Assembly (NCBI RefSeq): GCF_000002075.1
Contig: NW_004797707.1
Location: forward strand, 424,928 to 484,934
Source of the DNA: Aplysia californica
Taxonomy: Eukaryota
DNA: 60,007 nt
Direction: 5' to 3'
The position numbers and the translations under genes were made by a program. Positions 26,401-38,400 of the stretch are shown one piece after another. How positions within the stretch are numbered: the stretch's first letter is position 1; every line of letters begins with the position of its first letter. The notes under the pieces are model-generated. The model ran no database searches, was not told the origin of the DNA, and was given only the letters and a program-made list of their open reading frames with translations.

Positions 26401-29400
26401 GTATCCTTCTCATCCCAGGTCAGCCCAGACAGGCAGAGTCAGAGCCCACCTCCTAAATGAACTTTATTGTGTTGATTGGACCGTAAAAATGCCTTCATTT
26501 AAATGTTCAAATTTTTTACCAAGTGTGCAAGTCGCGCGTGTTAAAGATTCCTTGCTGGTCTAAAATCGATAAGAGTAGGCTTTAGCCGCCACCCAGGCAA
26601 AATTCAAAATTTCCTACCAGCTGAAAAAGTTTAATGTGTCCCATGCGCCCATATGACCTTATACAGTTTTGAGTGCCGTAAAACATTTACCAAAACAAAA
26701 AAAAACCAAAATTTTTTTCCAGCTCTGAAGCCCAAGCCCAAGGGAGAAGCGCCCAAGTTCACGCAGAAGCTGATGCCCAAAGTGGTCAACGACGGAGACC
26801 AGGTGGAGTTTGTGGCCAAGCTGACCGGCACGGAGCCCGTGGAGACCCAGTGGACGAAGGACAAGAAGCCCATCAAGCCTGGCGATGTCTACGCTGTCTC
26901 TTACGACAAGGGCGTGGCCAAACTCAACATCTCCGAGGTGTTTCCGGAAGATTCCGGCGAGTATGGCGTGATGATCAAGAACCAGTGGGGCTCCGCAACT
27001 TCCATGGCCAGCCTTCAGGTCAAAGGTAAAACTTTAAAAAGTATTTTAGTAAGAGTTTACTTTTGATTAGACTATTGTCATGATGATTTCAAAGCATAAA
27101 TACATTTGTGTCACGACGCGGTGAAATCAGTCGCTCGTAAATTTTTGGGCATATGGAGTTATTTGAATTATCTTATAGCTTGGTCCTTTGTCTTGCTTTC
27201 AATGAAAAAATTAACCATCTATCTTCAATAGAAATGGAGATATTCTTGATTAAAGTAGCTGAAAGTTACCTGAAAGTTTTTCAGTAAAATCGTTTCAGGA
27301 ATATGATTTTACATAGACATAAAAGATGTTGAGCCAAAAAAAATAATTTTTTAAAAAATGGTCAAATGGAAGAAAAACGCCGTTTTCTCTGATTTCATTA
27401 TTATGACGAGCGCCTGATTTCTCTACGATGGGTCACATTTGCCTTTCATTGTTTTGTTCTTTTCTAACTTTGGATCTGAACTTCATGAAGAGAAGCACTT
27501 GCAACACAAGTAAGCTCTAGAGGTGGCATAGATTCGAGGGTTTATCTATCTCAAAATTGAAGTCTAGATATTTGCGGTTGAAGAGGGGGGGTCACCAGGT
27601 TTCAGTGGTAAAATTAATGAGAAAATGGCCGCCAAAGTATGGTGACTTCATAGCTTGAGAGATCTTGAAAGTTAAAATTTTACATATTTTGAGTCTTTAA
27701 TCAAAGTTTTTCAGTAAAATTCACATGGAACGTGTTGTTAAAAGGACAAAAAGATGTTGAGCCAAAAAACAAACATTCGACAAAAATGACGGAATTGACA
27801 GAGCAATGCCCGTTTCTAGGATTTCATTATCTTGACGAGCGCCCGATTTCACCACGATGCCTCACGCTAATCTTTCATGACATTGTTCTTTTTTTTTCTC
27901 TGAATCAGAGCTTCCTGAAGAGAAACAGCAACAGCAAATTGAAGAAAGCAAGATGGAAATTAGAACAATGTCCAAAAAAGTANNNNNNNNNNNNNNNNNN
28001 NNNNNNNNNNNNNNNNNNNNNNNNNNNNNNNNNNNNNNNNNNNNNNNNNNNNNNNNNNNNNNNNNNNNNNNNNNNNNNNNNNNNNNNNNNNNNNNNNNNN
28101 NNNNNNNNNNNNNNTATTTGGACGAGTGGAGGTGCCGCTAAGCATATTGACAATGGAGCCGAAAAAGAGCCTCGCTCTCGCTCGAAGATTTCTTCGTGAA
28201 GTCCGTCAGGCCCATTAAGGAAACGAAAAAAAAAAATAATCATCATCATCATTGTATAAACCAGATATTAAAACGATTAAGACCAGGCAGCATTTCCAAA
28301 AATGTTATCACAAGTTCAACGTTTCGCCCTCAACGGGCTTCATCAGGAACATTCAAAATATTTTTTTTTATAAATTTAAAAAAAAAATCATTTTTTGGAA
28401 AGCAAAGTAGGAGGGAGAGTCTTGTTTGAATTTCACACAAAATAACATAACAATATAAAATGTTAAAAATTTGTTTAATAGACACAGCTCAACGTTTCGC
28501 CTCTTGAGCTTCCTTAGGAGCAACTGAGAGAAAAACTAAATGAGCGCTGTATACTAGCATCATCACGATCATGATGATGATCATCATCATCCATCATCAT
28601 CATCATTGTTTGGAAAGCAGAGTAGGAGGGAGAATCTTGTATGAATTTCAGACAAAATAACATAACAATATAAAATGTCATCATCATCATGATCGTGATC
28701 ATCATCATCATCATCCATCATCATCATCATCATCTTTCTGGACGTACATTGCCATATTTCTTCAGAAGAGACAATTACAGCAGCATCAGCAGCAACCTCC
28801 TAGTGATTGTCCACACAAAAAATGTCGAACAATAACAATCTTACCCAATATTAAGGACGTGTCACATTATGCTTAACTAACGTCTAGCACCCATGAAAGT
28901 AAGACATGGAGCCAAAAATACAAAAGTAAGTTGTCGAGAGTCAATGGTATGTAGATGTAGCCAGTGGAGTCAGCAGACAGTTCGTTATGTATAAGTCATG
29001 TATTTGTTTGATATTATTTCACAAATTAAATACGAAATAGCTAAAAAAAAAAAAAAAAAAAGATATTGTGGCTTTATAAATTTGTGTAGAAAATCTGGTT
29101 TTAAAAAATGTCTAAAAAAAGATATTGTGACTTTGTTTATTTGTGTAGAGAACCTGATTAAAAATGATTTTTTAAAAAGATATTGTGACTTTTTATTTGA
29201 GTAAAGAACCTGGTTTTTAAAAAAAAGATATTAAATAAAGATATTGTAACTGTTTATATGTGTAAAAAACCAGGTTAAATTTTTTTTTAAAAAGGTATTG
29301 TAACTGTTTATATGTGTAAAGAACCTAGATAAAAAAAGATATTTAATAAAAGATATTTTGACTATTTATTTGTGTAGAGAACCTGGTTAAAAAAAATATT

Positions 29401-32400
29401 TTAAAAAGATTTGTGACTGTTTATTTGTGTAGAGACCTGATAAATAGTATCTTTGTCTATATGCATCCTGGGAAACGGAAAATGTTACTGGGTATTCTGG
29501 GGTCTGTTGAGATAATAATCTAGATTGTAAAACTCGTAGTGTTTGCTGTTGAATGGGAGTATGTGCTAGAGAAATGCTATTTATCATTTTTCATCATTAA
29601 TAGTTTTCAATTCATAATGGCATAACAAGTTCTGTCCACTTTTTGCAAACAGACACCTCTCATTCAGCTCTGTGTTGGTCAATGTGTCTTTTTTGTAGGA
29701 CACACCCCAACATCATCTATCTTCATTAATTTTATCATCTTTTGTTGCTGAGTGAGTTTCTTATGAACTCAACAAGAGAAATGACCCTGGTTGTTTTGTG
29801 TGAAGCACAAGTTAAAAAAAAAAATATTTAAAAGCATGACAGAAACCAGGAGTTAATATTTTTCAAAATGGTTTCCCCTAGATATGTCTTTCATGATTTT
29901 TTATACAGTTTTCTCTTTCATCGTAAAAAAAATCAGGTCACTTTGTCACTCTTCAGGTGTGTAAGGCTGAAATATTGAAAAATATCATTCTTATTTTGTA
30001 GTACTTTTACTTGCTTTTGGAAATCTAAATTGGTTTATATTTGAGATGTTTCACACTAACATGTGTTTACTTTGTTCTTTGTATTGCAGAAAGAAGATGC
30101 ACGTAAGTACTCCAACTTTGAAATAAATGTGTGATGATTTTGTGTGAAAATATTATGTCTGAATTGTCTTAGCACCCCTCTGTCTCGATAAAACTGTTTT
30201 GAGAATGACTGAGGAGAGGGAAGGTGCAGGTGTTGGAGAAAGTTGCTTGTAGCTAGCATATTTCAAAATTCCTCTTTTGAAAAGTGTGTGTAAGCTGATC
30301 ATAGCTGTGAGGCAAACAAACACCTTGGGTCATTGCCAGTGGTGACACATTTTGGTCGTTTCAGCCAAGTCCATTCAGATGTTGCACAAATTGTGACCAG
30401 TTGTTTTATTCAAATAAGAGTTGCCTCTTCTTTAGATATTTACAGAATTCAGTAAAAATTTTGGTCATGCGAAAACATGAATTATATTCATGACAATTCA
30501 TGTTGTTAATTTTTTTTCTTTCTTCCTCTGGATACAAATTTTTAGGAGAATATTTTCTGATAGTCGAATATAATTCAGGTCACTTTGCTAGTTCAAGCTG
30601 GCAGTGCAGCATAACTTTTTCTTTTTGATGGACTTGGCTGAAGATTGCTTCTGGGTGTCAAGCATGAGTTGTATGTGAAAGATTATTATATTAGAGAATC
30701 CCATAGTCTTTTTCGCACAATTGACGTGGTGCCTGTATGTGAGATGTCCCCAGCTGCAGGGGAAGAGATGATGTTTGCCTGTAGAACCGTACGGGGAAGA
30801 AATGATGTTTGCCTGTAGAACAGTACGTGGAAGAAATGATGTTTGCCTGTAGAACAGTACGAGAAGTGTTCCGGTGTCTCGTGTGTTTGTTTTAGAGTCT
30901 TGCTGGGTGGCAGACATCTGTGTTTGCATTGCAGTAGGATAGAGATATGTACACTTTCTCTGCTGTGAGTGAATGAAGCTATTCCATTGCAACTAGATTT
31001 GATCAGAACCAATTGAAATGTCCTTAGATTTTTGGGAATGGAGTATGTGAAAGCAATTTGTATTTGTATGCATTGCAATTTGAAATTCCACACACAAATG
31101 AGCACTTAGTTTATTTTGAATATGCTGTGGTTTGCGGAAAGCATAATGAAATGTCGGAGTTTCGTTTTTGGAATGACGTGGAAATGTGCCCCCCTTTTCT
31201 TCAGAAACAGTATTTGAACCCCACAGTTAATGAAGACAGCTGTCAGAGATTGTCTTGTCTTTGTGCTGACTCAGCTGTTCAAGCTTAGATAATCTCTGTC
31301 TCAGATGTCATGCCATGTAGTCGTCTTTTGTATGCACAGACATATGATATTGCACTGTCTGTCTTTCNNNNNNNNNNNNNNNNNNNNNNNNNNNNNNNNN
31401 NNNNNNNNNNNNNNNNNNNNNNNNNNNNNNNNNNNNNNNNNNNNNNNNNNNNNNNNNNNNNNNNNNNNNNNNNNNNNNNNNNNNNNNNNNNNNNNNATGC
31501 TTGCAAAAATTTCTTCTATTTGCTTTTCTGATGAACTTGCTGGTGGCTTCAAGTCTTTCTCCCTAGCTAGAGTTGACTGAGTTTTTTGGAGACCAGATTT
31601 TAATGCTGCTGTCACAAACTGTGTTGAGTGCTTTTCAGGACTAGCAGCGACTTCTATAGAAGTGATGAACTTTGCCCTGTGCTGGGATTTTCGTGATTTA
31701 TTGTCTGCGTTTTTTCTCCCAGTAGTACAGTTTTGTTCTCGGTGATCCCGATATGAGTATGAGATTTTGGCGATCCCGATATGAGTATGAGATTTTGGTG
31801 ATCCTGATATGAGTATGAGATTTTGGTGATCCTGATATGAGTATGAGATTTTGGCGATCCTGATATGAGTATGAGATTTTGGTGATCCTGATATGAGTAT
31901 GAGATTTTGGCGATCCTGATATGAGTATGAGATTTTGGCGATCCTGATATGAGTATGAGATTTTGTGATCCTGATATGAGTATGAGACATTTTCCACTAG
32001 TGCCCTTTAGCTGTGCAGCAAAGTCTTGCTCTTTGCCTTAGTGATTGTGCAGGATTTTCATCTCTTTTTTGCTGTGACCACCAGTGTCTTTTTCGTAGAG
32101 TTAGAATTTTGCTTGATTTTTCTCCTCCCCTCCCCCCATCTGTCCTTGACCCTGGCTTGCCACTTGTAGCTGAAGAGGTGAAGCAAGTGGAGGTGAAGCC
32201 GAAGGAAGAACCACCTAAAATCGAGGAGCCACCTCCGAAAAAGGTTGAAGAACCCAAGAAAAAACCAGAAGAACCCAAAAAGGTGGAAGAACCCAAGAAG
32301 GTTGAAGAACCCAAGAAGGTTGAAGAACCCAAGAAGGTTGAAGAACCCAAGAAGGTTGAAGAACCCAAGAAAAAACCAGAAGAACCCAAAAAGGTGGAAG

Positions 32401-35400
32401 AACCGAAGAAGAAACCAGAAGAGCCGAAAAAAGTTGAAGAGCCAAAGAAGGTGGAAGAACCTCCAGTGCAGAAGAAAGACGATGCGAAGAAAAACGCCAC
32501 TCCTTCGATTGTGGTCGACGGAGAGGATGACGCAGGTAGAGTGGGAAAAAACAACAAGGGAGGTAAAAATGTGAAAAAAGGGAAACCTGCTAAGGATGAC
32601 GCAGACTCTGACGAAGAGAATTCATCAAACAAGAGAGCGCCGAAAGGCAAAGGTGGGAAGGCGTATACCAAAAAACCCACGACTATTTTGGAAGAGCTGG
32701 AAGAAGGTATGGGGCTTGCCGTTGACAATTGCATCGTGTTTTTGAATTGTGAACTAACATGGCTTACGGTAAGGGATTTTTGCATCTGCTTGTCTTTATT
32801 TCGCTTTTTTTCTTGCTTGACAATCTTTGATTATGACCAAGTCGTTTCATGCAAATGACAATCTCCTTTTGTCTCCGTGTTTGTCATTATGCTAAGAGAA
32901 ATAGGAAAAATATACCAGATGTTCCGATTGGAATGCTATAAGGTATTGCTCAGTGGACTACTTTAAAATAGATGACAGAAGACAATTTTCTCCTCATGGC
33001 GTCAACTATGTGTGGTTCTTATGGGGAAATATAGACTGAAACAACTTGAGTACTGTAGCCAGTAAAAATGGAACCCTGTCTGGGGAAACATTCAGGAGTG
33101 TTTGCTTTTCTGGTCTGCTTTTGCACTTGCCCATCTTCTGTTTTTGATATTCTGTTTCGCGAAAAAGTCTTGCACAACTGCGTCTCTGTGTAAGCACTTT
33201 GGAAATGGTCTTTTCAGCGCTGCTATCATTAACTGTCAGTTGTTAGCTCAAAAGCTCTTTGTTTCAGCTTTTCTTTGTCCCCTGTGAGAAGTTGGTAATT
33301 TCTCACGCAGGAATATTTATGCTATATGCTGCTTCTGTAGCTGAACTTAACCAGCAGCTTCAGCGGTTCTGCTTTTGCCACTGTAGGAGAAAGTTGTTGT
33401 TTGAAATAGGACAAAATAGGGATCATGTTATTTGGGTGTAAAAACATCTTACTGAAATCGTGGATGTGAGCAGTTGGAAAATGTTGAGCTTATATGCTTA
33501 CATCTGCTGCCTTACAAAAGAAGGTTAACCAAAGTTAGACAAGTTGCTTTCTGCAGTCTGATCAAATTCAACTTACAGCTTTACATCTGTTTACTGTAAG
33601 GAGTCAACCCATGTTTTGCACTTCCCACTTCTATGCTTGAATTTGGCTTTGCTTTTCACACAATTTTCAAACTCCTCTTTTCTCTTTGTCAAAAATGAAA
33701 CTGCAAAGAATCTGATACCAGATTAAAGATCATGTGAATTAGATAGATTTTTGTATTACTTACTGTAATAATAACAATAATAATAATAATGATGATAATA
33801 ATAATAATAGTTCACCCATCAATGTCTGACAATATGACTAATGCATTTGCAGAGGAGAATACTCTCATTAACTTATTGTAATACATTAATACCAACATTT
33901 TAGACAAACTAATAACAGGCTTAATAAAGACGTGTATATTGTGTTCAGGCAAATAACCTTACTACTAGTTGTAGCTTTGTCTGTTGATAATTATTATAAT
34001 CACATCATTGTCTTCACATCAGCTCTATAAGAATAAGTCAGCTGTTTTTTCACATTAACACACGGTAACTTGTGTGTACGGTAGATGACATGCTCCGGTA
34101 TTTGTTGTGCTGCAAATCAAAGCGGAGCTGAATAGCTTTAAGTTTTTCTATATATATTTTCATAGAATAGCACTAATCACTAACCGTGATAACACTCACT
34201 AAAATTAGATTACTATTTTGACTTGATAAAGACTTAAGTGAAAGTTTGAGAATAATTTTATTGCCTTTGTCATAAATATGCAGATTAGATTTTATTAGAG
34301 TTAGTAAGTCTTGATTCTTTTTAAAATTCAAAATTTGTACTTTAATAGATTTATCACTAGGTATAAAATATTAGGCAAATTTGTTTTTATTAATTTAGAC
34401 TCATACTACATACAAATGTCAAGAGTTTTATGGGTTTGGTTGGCTGGATCAATAACAACAACATGGGTTTGGTTGGAGAACTATAGTTCTGAACTTTTCT
34501 CTCTGCAAGAATATGCTGGATCTGTGCATGGTTCAAGGCCATCAACTTTGCTCTTTGACTTTTAACTTTCGTATTCCCTAATAATTAGGCCTTTTTGGAT
34601 TCATTGCCGCCAAATGAAAGGCTTTTGGAAAAAAAAAAACAACTCCAGACACCCAATCTGGAAGTTGGAGCATGGGATGAAATAGTGTCCTGGGACTGTT
34701 TATGCTTGGCTGAGTCACTGTTCCTTTCTGCCAAGAAGGAAGATGACTTTCTCCAACAGCCGTTTCTTTTTCCCTGTCACATCACACCTTCGGTAGAAAA
34801 TATAAGAGCAAAGTTATGGTTCTTTCGTGCTTGTTCAGCTCAGAAATTAGAAAGGGTGATCTTTCTGTCTGAGATTTAGGACTGTAAGTCACAGTTCATC
34901 AAGCCTGGCATGGTGATGGTCTAACTAACATAAAGTCTTAATATCCGAAGGCTTCAAATTTATTGAGGCCTGAGCAGGCTGTGTGTCAAAAAATTAAGGC
35001 ACCCTTCCTTACTTATCCAGATGAAAGAATGAGAAAACTTGGTGAAAGGCCAGTTTTTTCATCCTCATGCCATACTTATCAGATTAAGATAAAAGATCCA
35101 GGTAGCCATTTCTGCCCTTTAGTGTATGTTTTAAGGGGGTGTCATACTCTCATGTTGTAGGCCTGATTGATGCATTTACGATATTTACTCTCGTTTCTCT
35201 TGCTTAGTGGAAAAGCAGTCTTGATAGACATTAGGGAATGATCATGTGTAATCATCTAGACAGCTTTTAAGCATAATGCTGAAGTGCAGTATTTCTTTGT
35301 CCTAGTCTTCCTTGAGAGTGCTGTTCTATGTACTGTGTCATGTATGTAGAAGATGCTGTGTGTATTTCTTGCCAGCATACAGTCATGTATTTGCCGTTTG

Positions 35401-38400
35401 TTGATTTGACCCCACCCTGCCCCTGGTTGCTTGCCCCTCCCTTCTGAGTCTGGAGTTTTGTGTTGACTTTTGCTAAGATAACCTCAAGGATCAGGATGAT
35501 GAAGATGCGGGTTATGAGGCGGACGAAGACCGCACCGGACCCTACGACTTGGATGACGCGGATGAAGGTGAGCAGAGACGCCGAGGCTGGAAAATAGCCC
35601 TGAGCTGGGTGCGAGCGGTTATTTGTGACAAGGACAGACTCCTAAACGTTTGATTGAGACTTTTTTTGGGGAGAGCCACGTTGTCAACTCTGGAATGTGC
35701 ATTCCAGTTGGCAGAAAGTCCATGTATTTTTTTTACTCCAGATTTTTACAAAGTGGACCATGTATAATATACAGTTTGGCTATGACGACTAAACAGTAGG
35801 CTACTTGTTAAGTACATTAATTTTAAGTCTATTGTGACTTTTGTGTAATAAATATACATATAGCACAGCTTGTGAATAATTTGTCTCTTTCAGCATTAAC
35901 ACGGGATATGTATTGTTTAATTATCCTTCTCCTAAATGCATGGTCCATCTCTGTTTTAGAATTTCAAGTACCGTATTATCAAAAGTAGCTTTCCACTTAA
36001 AGCTATCGGTCAGTAAAAGTGACAATCTCAGTTCTGTGCTTTCAAGCACATTTTACATTAAAATCGTTTTGGGGAAAACAATCTTGGAAGAGATTATATT
36101 CCTTGAAAAGGGTCTGTTCTCAATGCATTTTGTTCTGTATCCGATCTTGCTGTATGTGTCTCATCATGCAAGCATGTCGCCCTCTAGGAGTTTGGAAGTT
36201 CTCTCTGTTCTGTTTGATGTTTGCCCAAGCATGTTGGTGCTTTATCTGCACACCCTCCCTTGGGCATGCCTCCTCGTTCTCCTCCTCCTCCCCCTCCTCC
36301 TTCTCCTCCTCCTCCCCCCTCCTCCTTCTCCTCCTCCTCTGTCTTTGTCTTTCTCTGGCGGCATGCCGTACTCAGCAGGTACTGCACTGATTCGTTTGTG
36401 TCTGCCAGGAGGATGTCGTGAGTGTCTGGAGACTTTGCCTCATTGGGCATCCTGCCTTTGGCCTGTCTTTTTGGGCATGAATCTACATAAAGGTTGCGCT
36501 CCTCTCGTGGGAGTTCCTGGGTATACCTACTTTGTGTCGAGTAGGGTGTGTACTGTAAACTAGACAAGACATGGCATAGGCCTGCCATACTGGATTGGGC
36601 ATAAGCAATTGTGAGGCAGCGTGGTGGAATCAGGCTCTCGTCAATTTTTGTGCTGTAGAGTTATTGGTATCATCTTAAAACTTGTTTACTTATCTTTAGT
36701 TGGATGAAAAAAATGTCCATTTATCTTGAATACAAGTCGAGATATTTGCGAAAGAAGGAGGTGGGGGTCACCTGTTTTCAGAGGTAAAATTAGTGAGAAA
36801 ATGTCCGCCAAAGATAAGTTATTTCCTTAGTTTAAGAGTCCGTGGTAACTGAAAATTTACATTTTTTGTGCCTTTAATTAACGTTTTGCAGAAAAATCCA
36901 CACAGAAATGAGTTCTTTAAAGGACGTGAAAGGTGTTGGGCCAAAAACATAAATTTGATAAAAATGTACAAACCTGCGGAAAAATGCAAGTTTCTTCACT
37001 TTGATTATTTTGACGAGAGCCTGATTCCACCACGCTGCCTCACAATTCTATTTGGGATCTTATAACTCTTATACAAGTTGAAGATAGGATAAAGTGGGAG
37101 ATGGTTTCTATGAGATGAGTTGAGAGCAAAATGGAGGATTTTGATCGGAATCGAAGTGTTTTCAAATACAAAAATGTACATGAAGTGGCGTAAGTAATTA
37201 ATTAGTTGTTTTTTTATTCTTAATGCTCCTTGTCTGAACTGATTCCATGGGTTTAAAAAAAAAACCCTTTAGAAAAGATATCATTAGGGTTAGAATTCTG
37301 CTCATTTATTTAAGAATGTAGATTCTTTTGTCATTTAGTCACTAGGAGAAGAAACATACTTTTTTGTTCCGTTTTCATGAAGATTAATGTTCAATAGTAT
37401 CACACCCTACTCCTGACACCAGGTGTAGAAAAAGATGTAAAATTATAGTGGAACCTGCTCAAACCAAAATCAGCAGGAGTCGCTTGATTTTCTTTAATTT
37501 AGCCAGTTTTTTTTTGTTTAGACAGGTTCCTCAAATGTAAGGGGAAAAAAAGCCAGGAATTTTATTTTGTTTCTGTTTACCACTGTTTTTTAAAATTAAG
37601 TGTGTTTGGTTTATGCAGACTCCACTGTACATTTACTTGTAAAAAGATTTTTCCTGTATCTATACCAAAAATCAAACTGCTGCAACCTTTATGTTTGCTG
37701 TGATTTTTGACTAGTTTATTTGAACTGTTACTGTAAGCTGCTGTGTCTTCAGAGGGGGGCAAAGTTACTGGAGGTAAGTGTGTTTGTTTAATTACAATAC
37801 AAGACATGGTAGGCCTACTGGTAGCAAGCCTAAAGTGGCTAAGGTTCTATTCGTGAGAAGTGGTCCCGGACGAACTCATAGAAATTTCTACTTTATGTAC
37901 ACAATCGGAAACAAAAACGGAAGTCGCTTTAAAAAATATGGAAGGTGGGAGGGGGTGCAGGGGGGTCTCCCCCTTGCTAAATTCACAAAAAATAACGGTT
38001 TGTGACAGTTTTTAGTACCAAAATTGTTCTCAACACACTAAAAAACGTTAACATAGTGCCAAAAGAACACACTAAAAAACGTTAACATAGTGCCAAAAAA
38101 TAGTCTAAAATGGGTTTGGACCTTTTCTACAAATTTACCGGTGGCCTTTTCATCCTGGCAAATCAGTCAGCTTTTTAACTCGACTTCCGTGTTTGTTTCT
38201 GATTTTGTGAATAAATTTCTATGGAGTTAGGCCGGGACCACTTTTCCGGAAGAGTGCCGTGGCTAATTGCACAGGCTATGTTGTCTGGTAAGTATTTCCC
38301 TCCTTGTTGTCAGAAGGAAGTGAAATCTTCAGCGCTGCTCTGTGAGGGTAAAAAAATGTTTCCAAGTGTTTTTGGGTGTTACCCATCCCAAAAGGGGTTA

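Noticed and set aside
31997-32785. 262-aa minus-strand ORF
   Set aside because: Antisense shadow of the repetitive PEVK exon.
35913-36588. 216-aa and overlapping ORFs
   Set aside because: Driven by a (CCT)n low-complexity tract; no recognisable domain or splice support.
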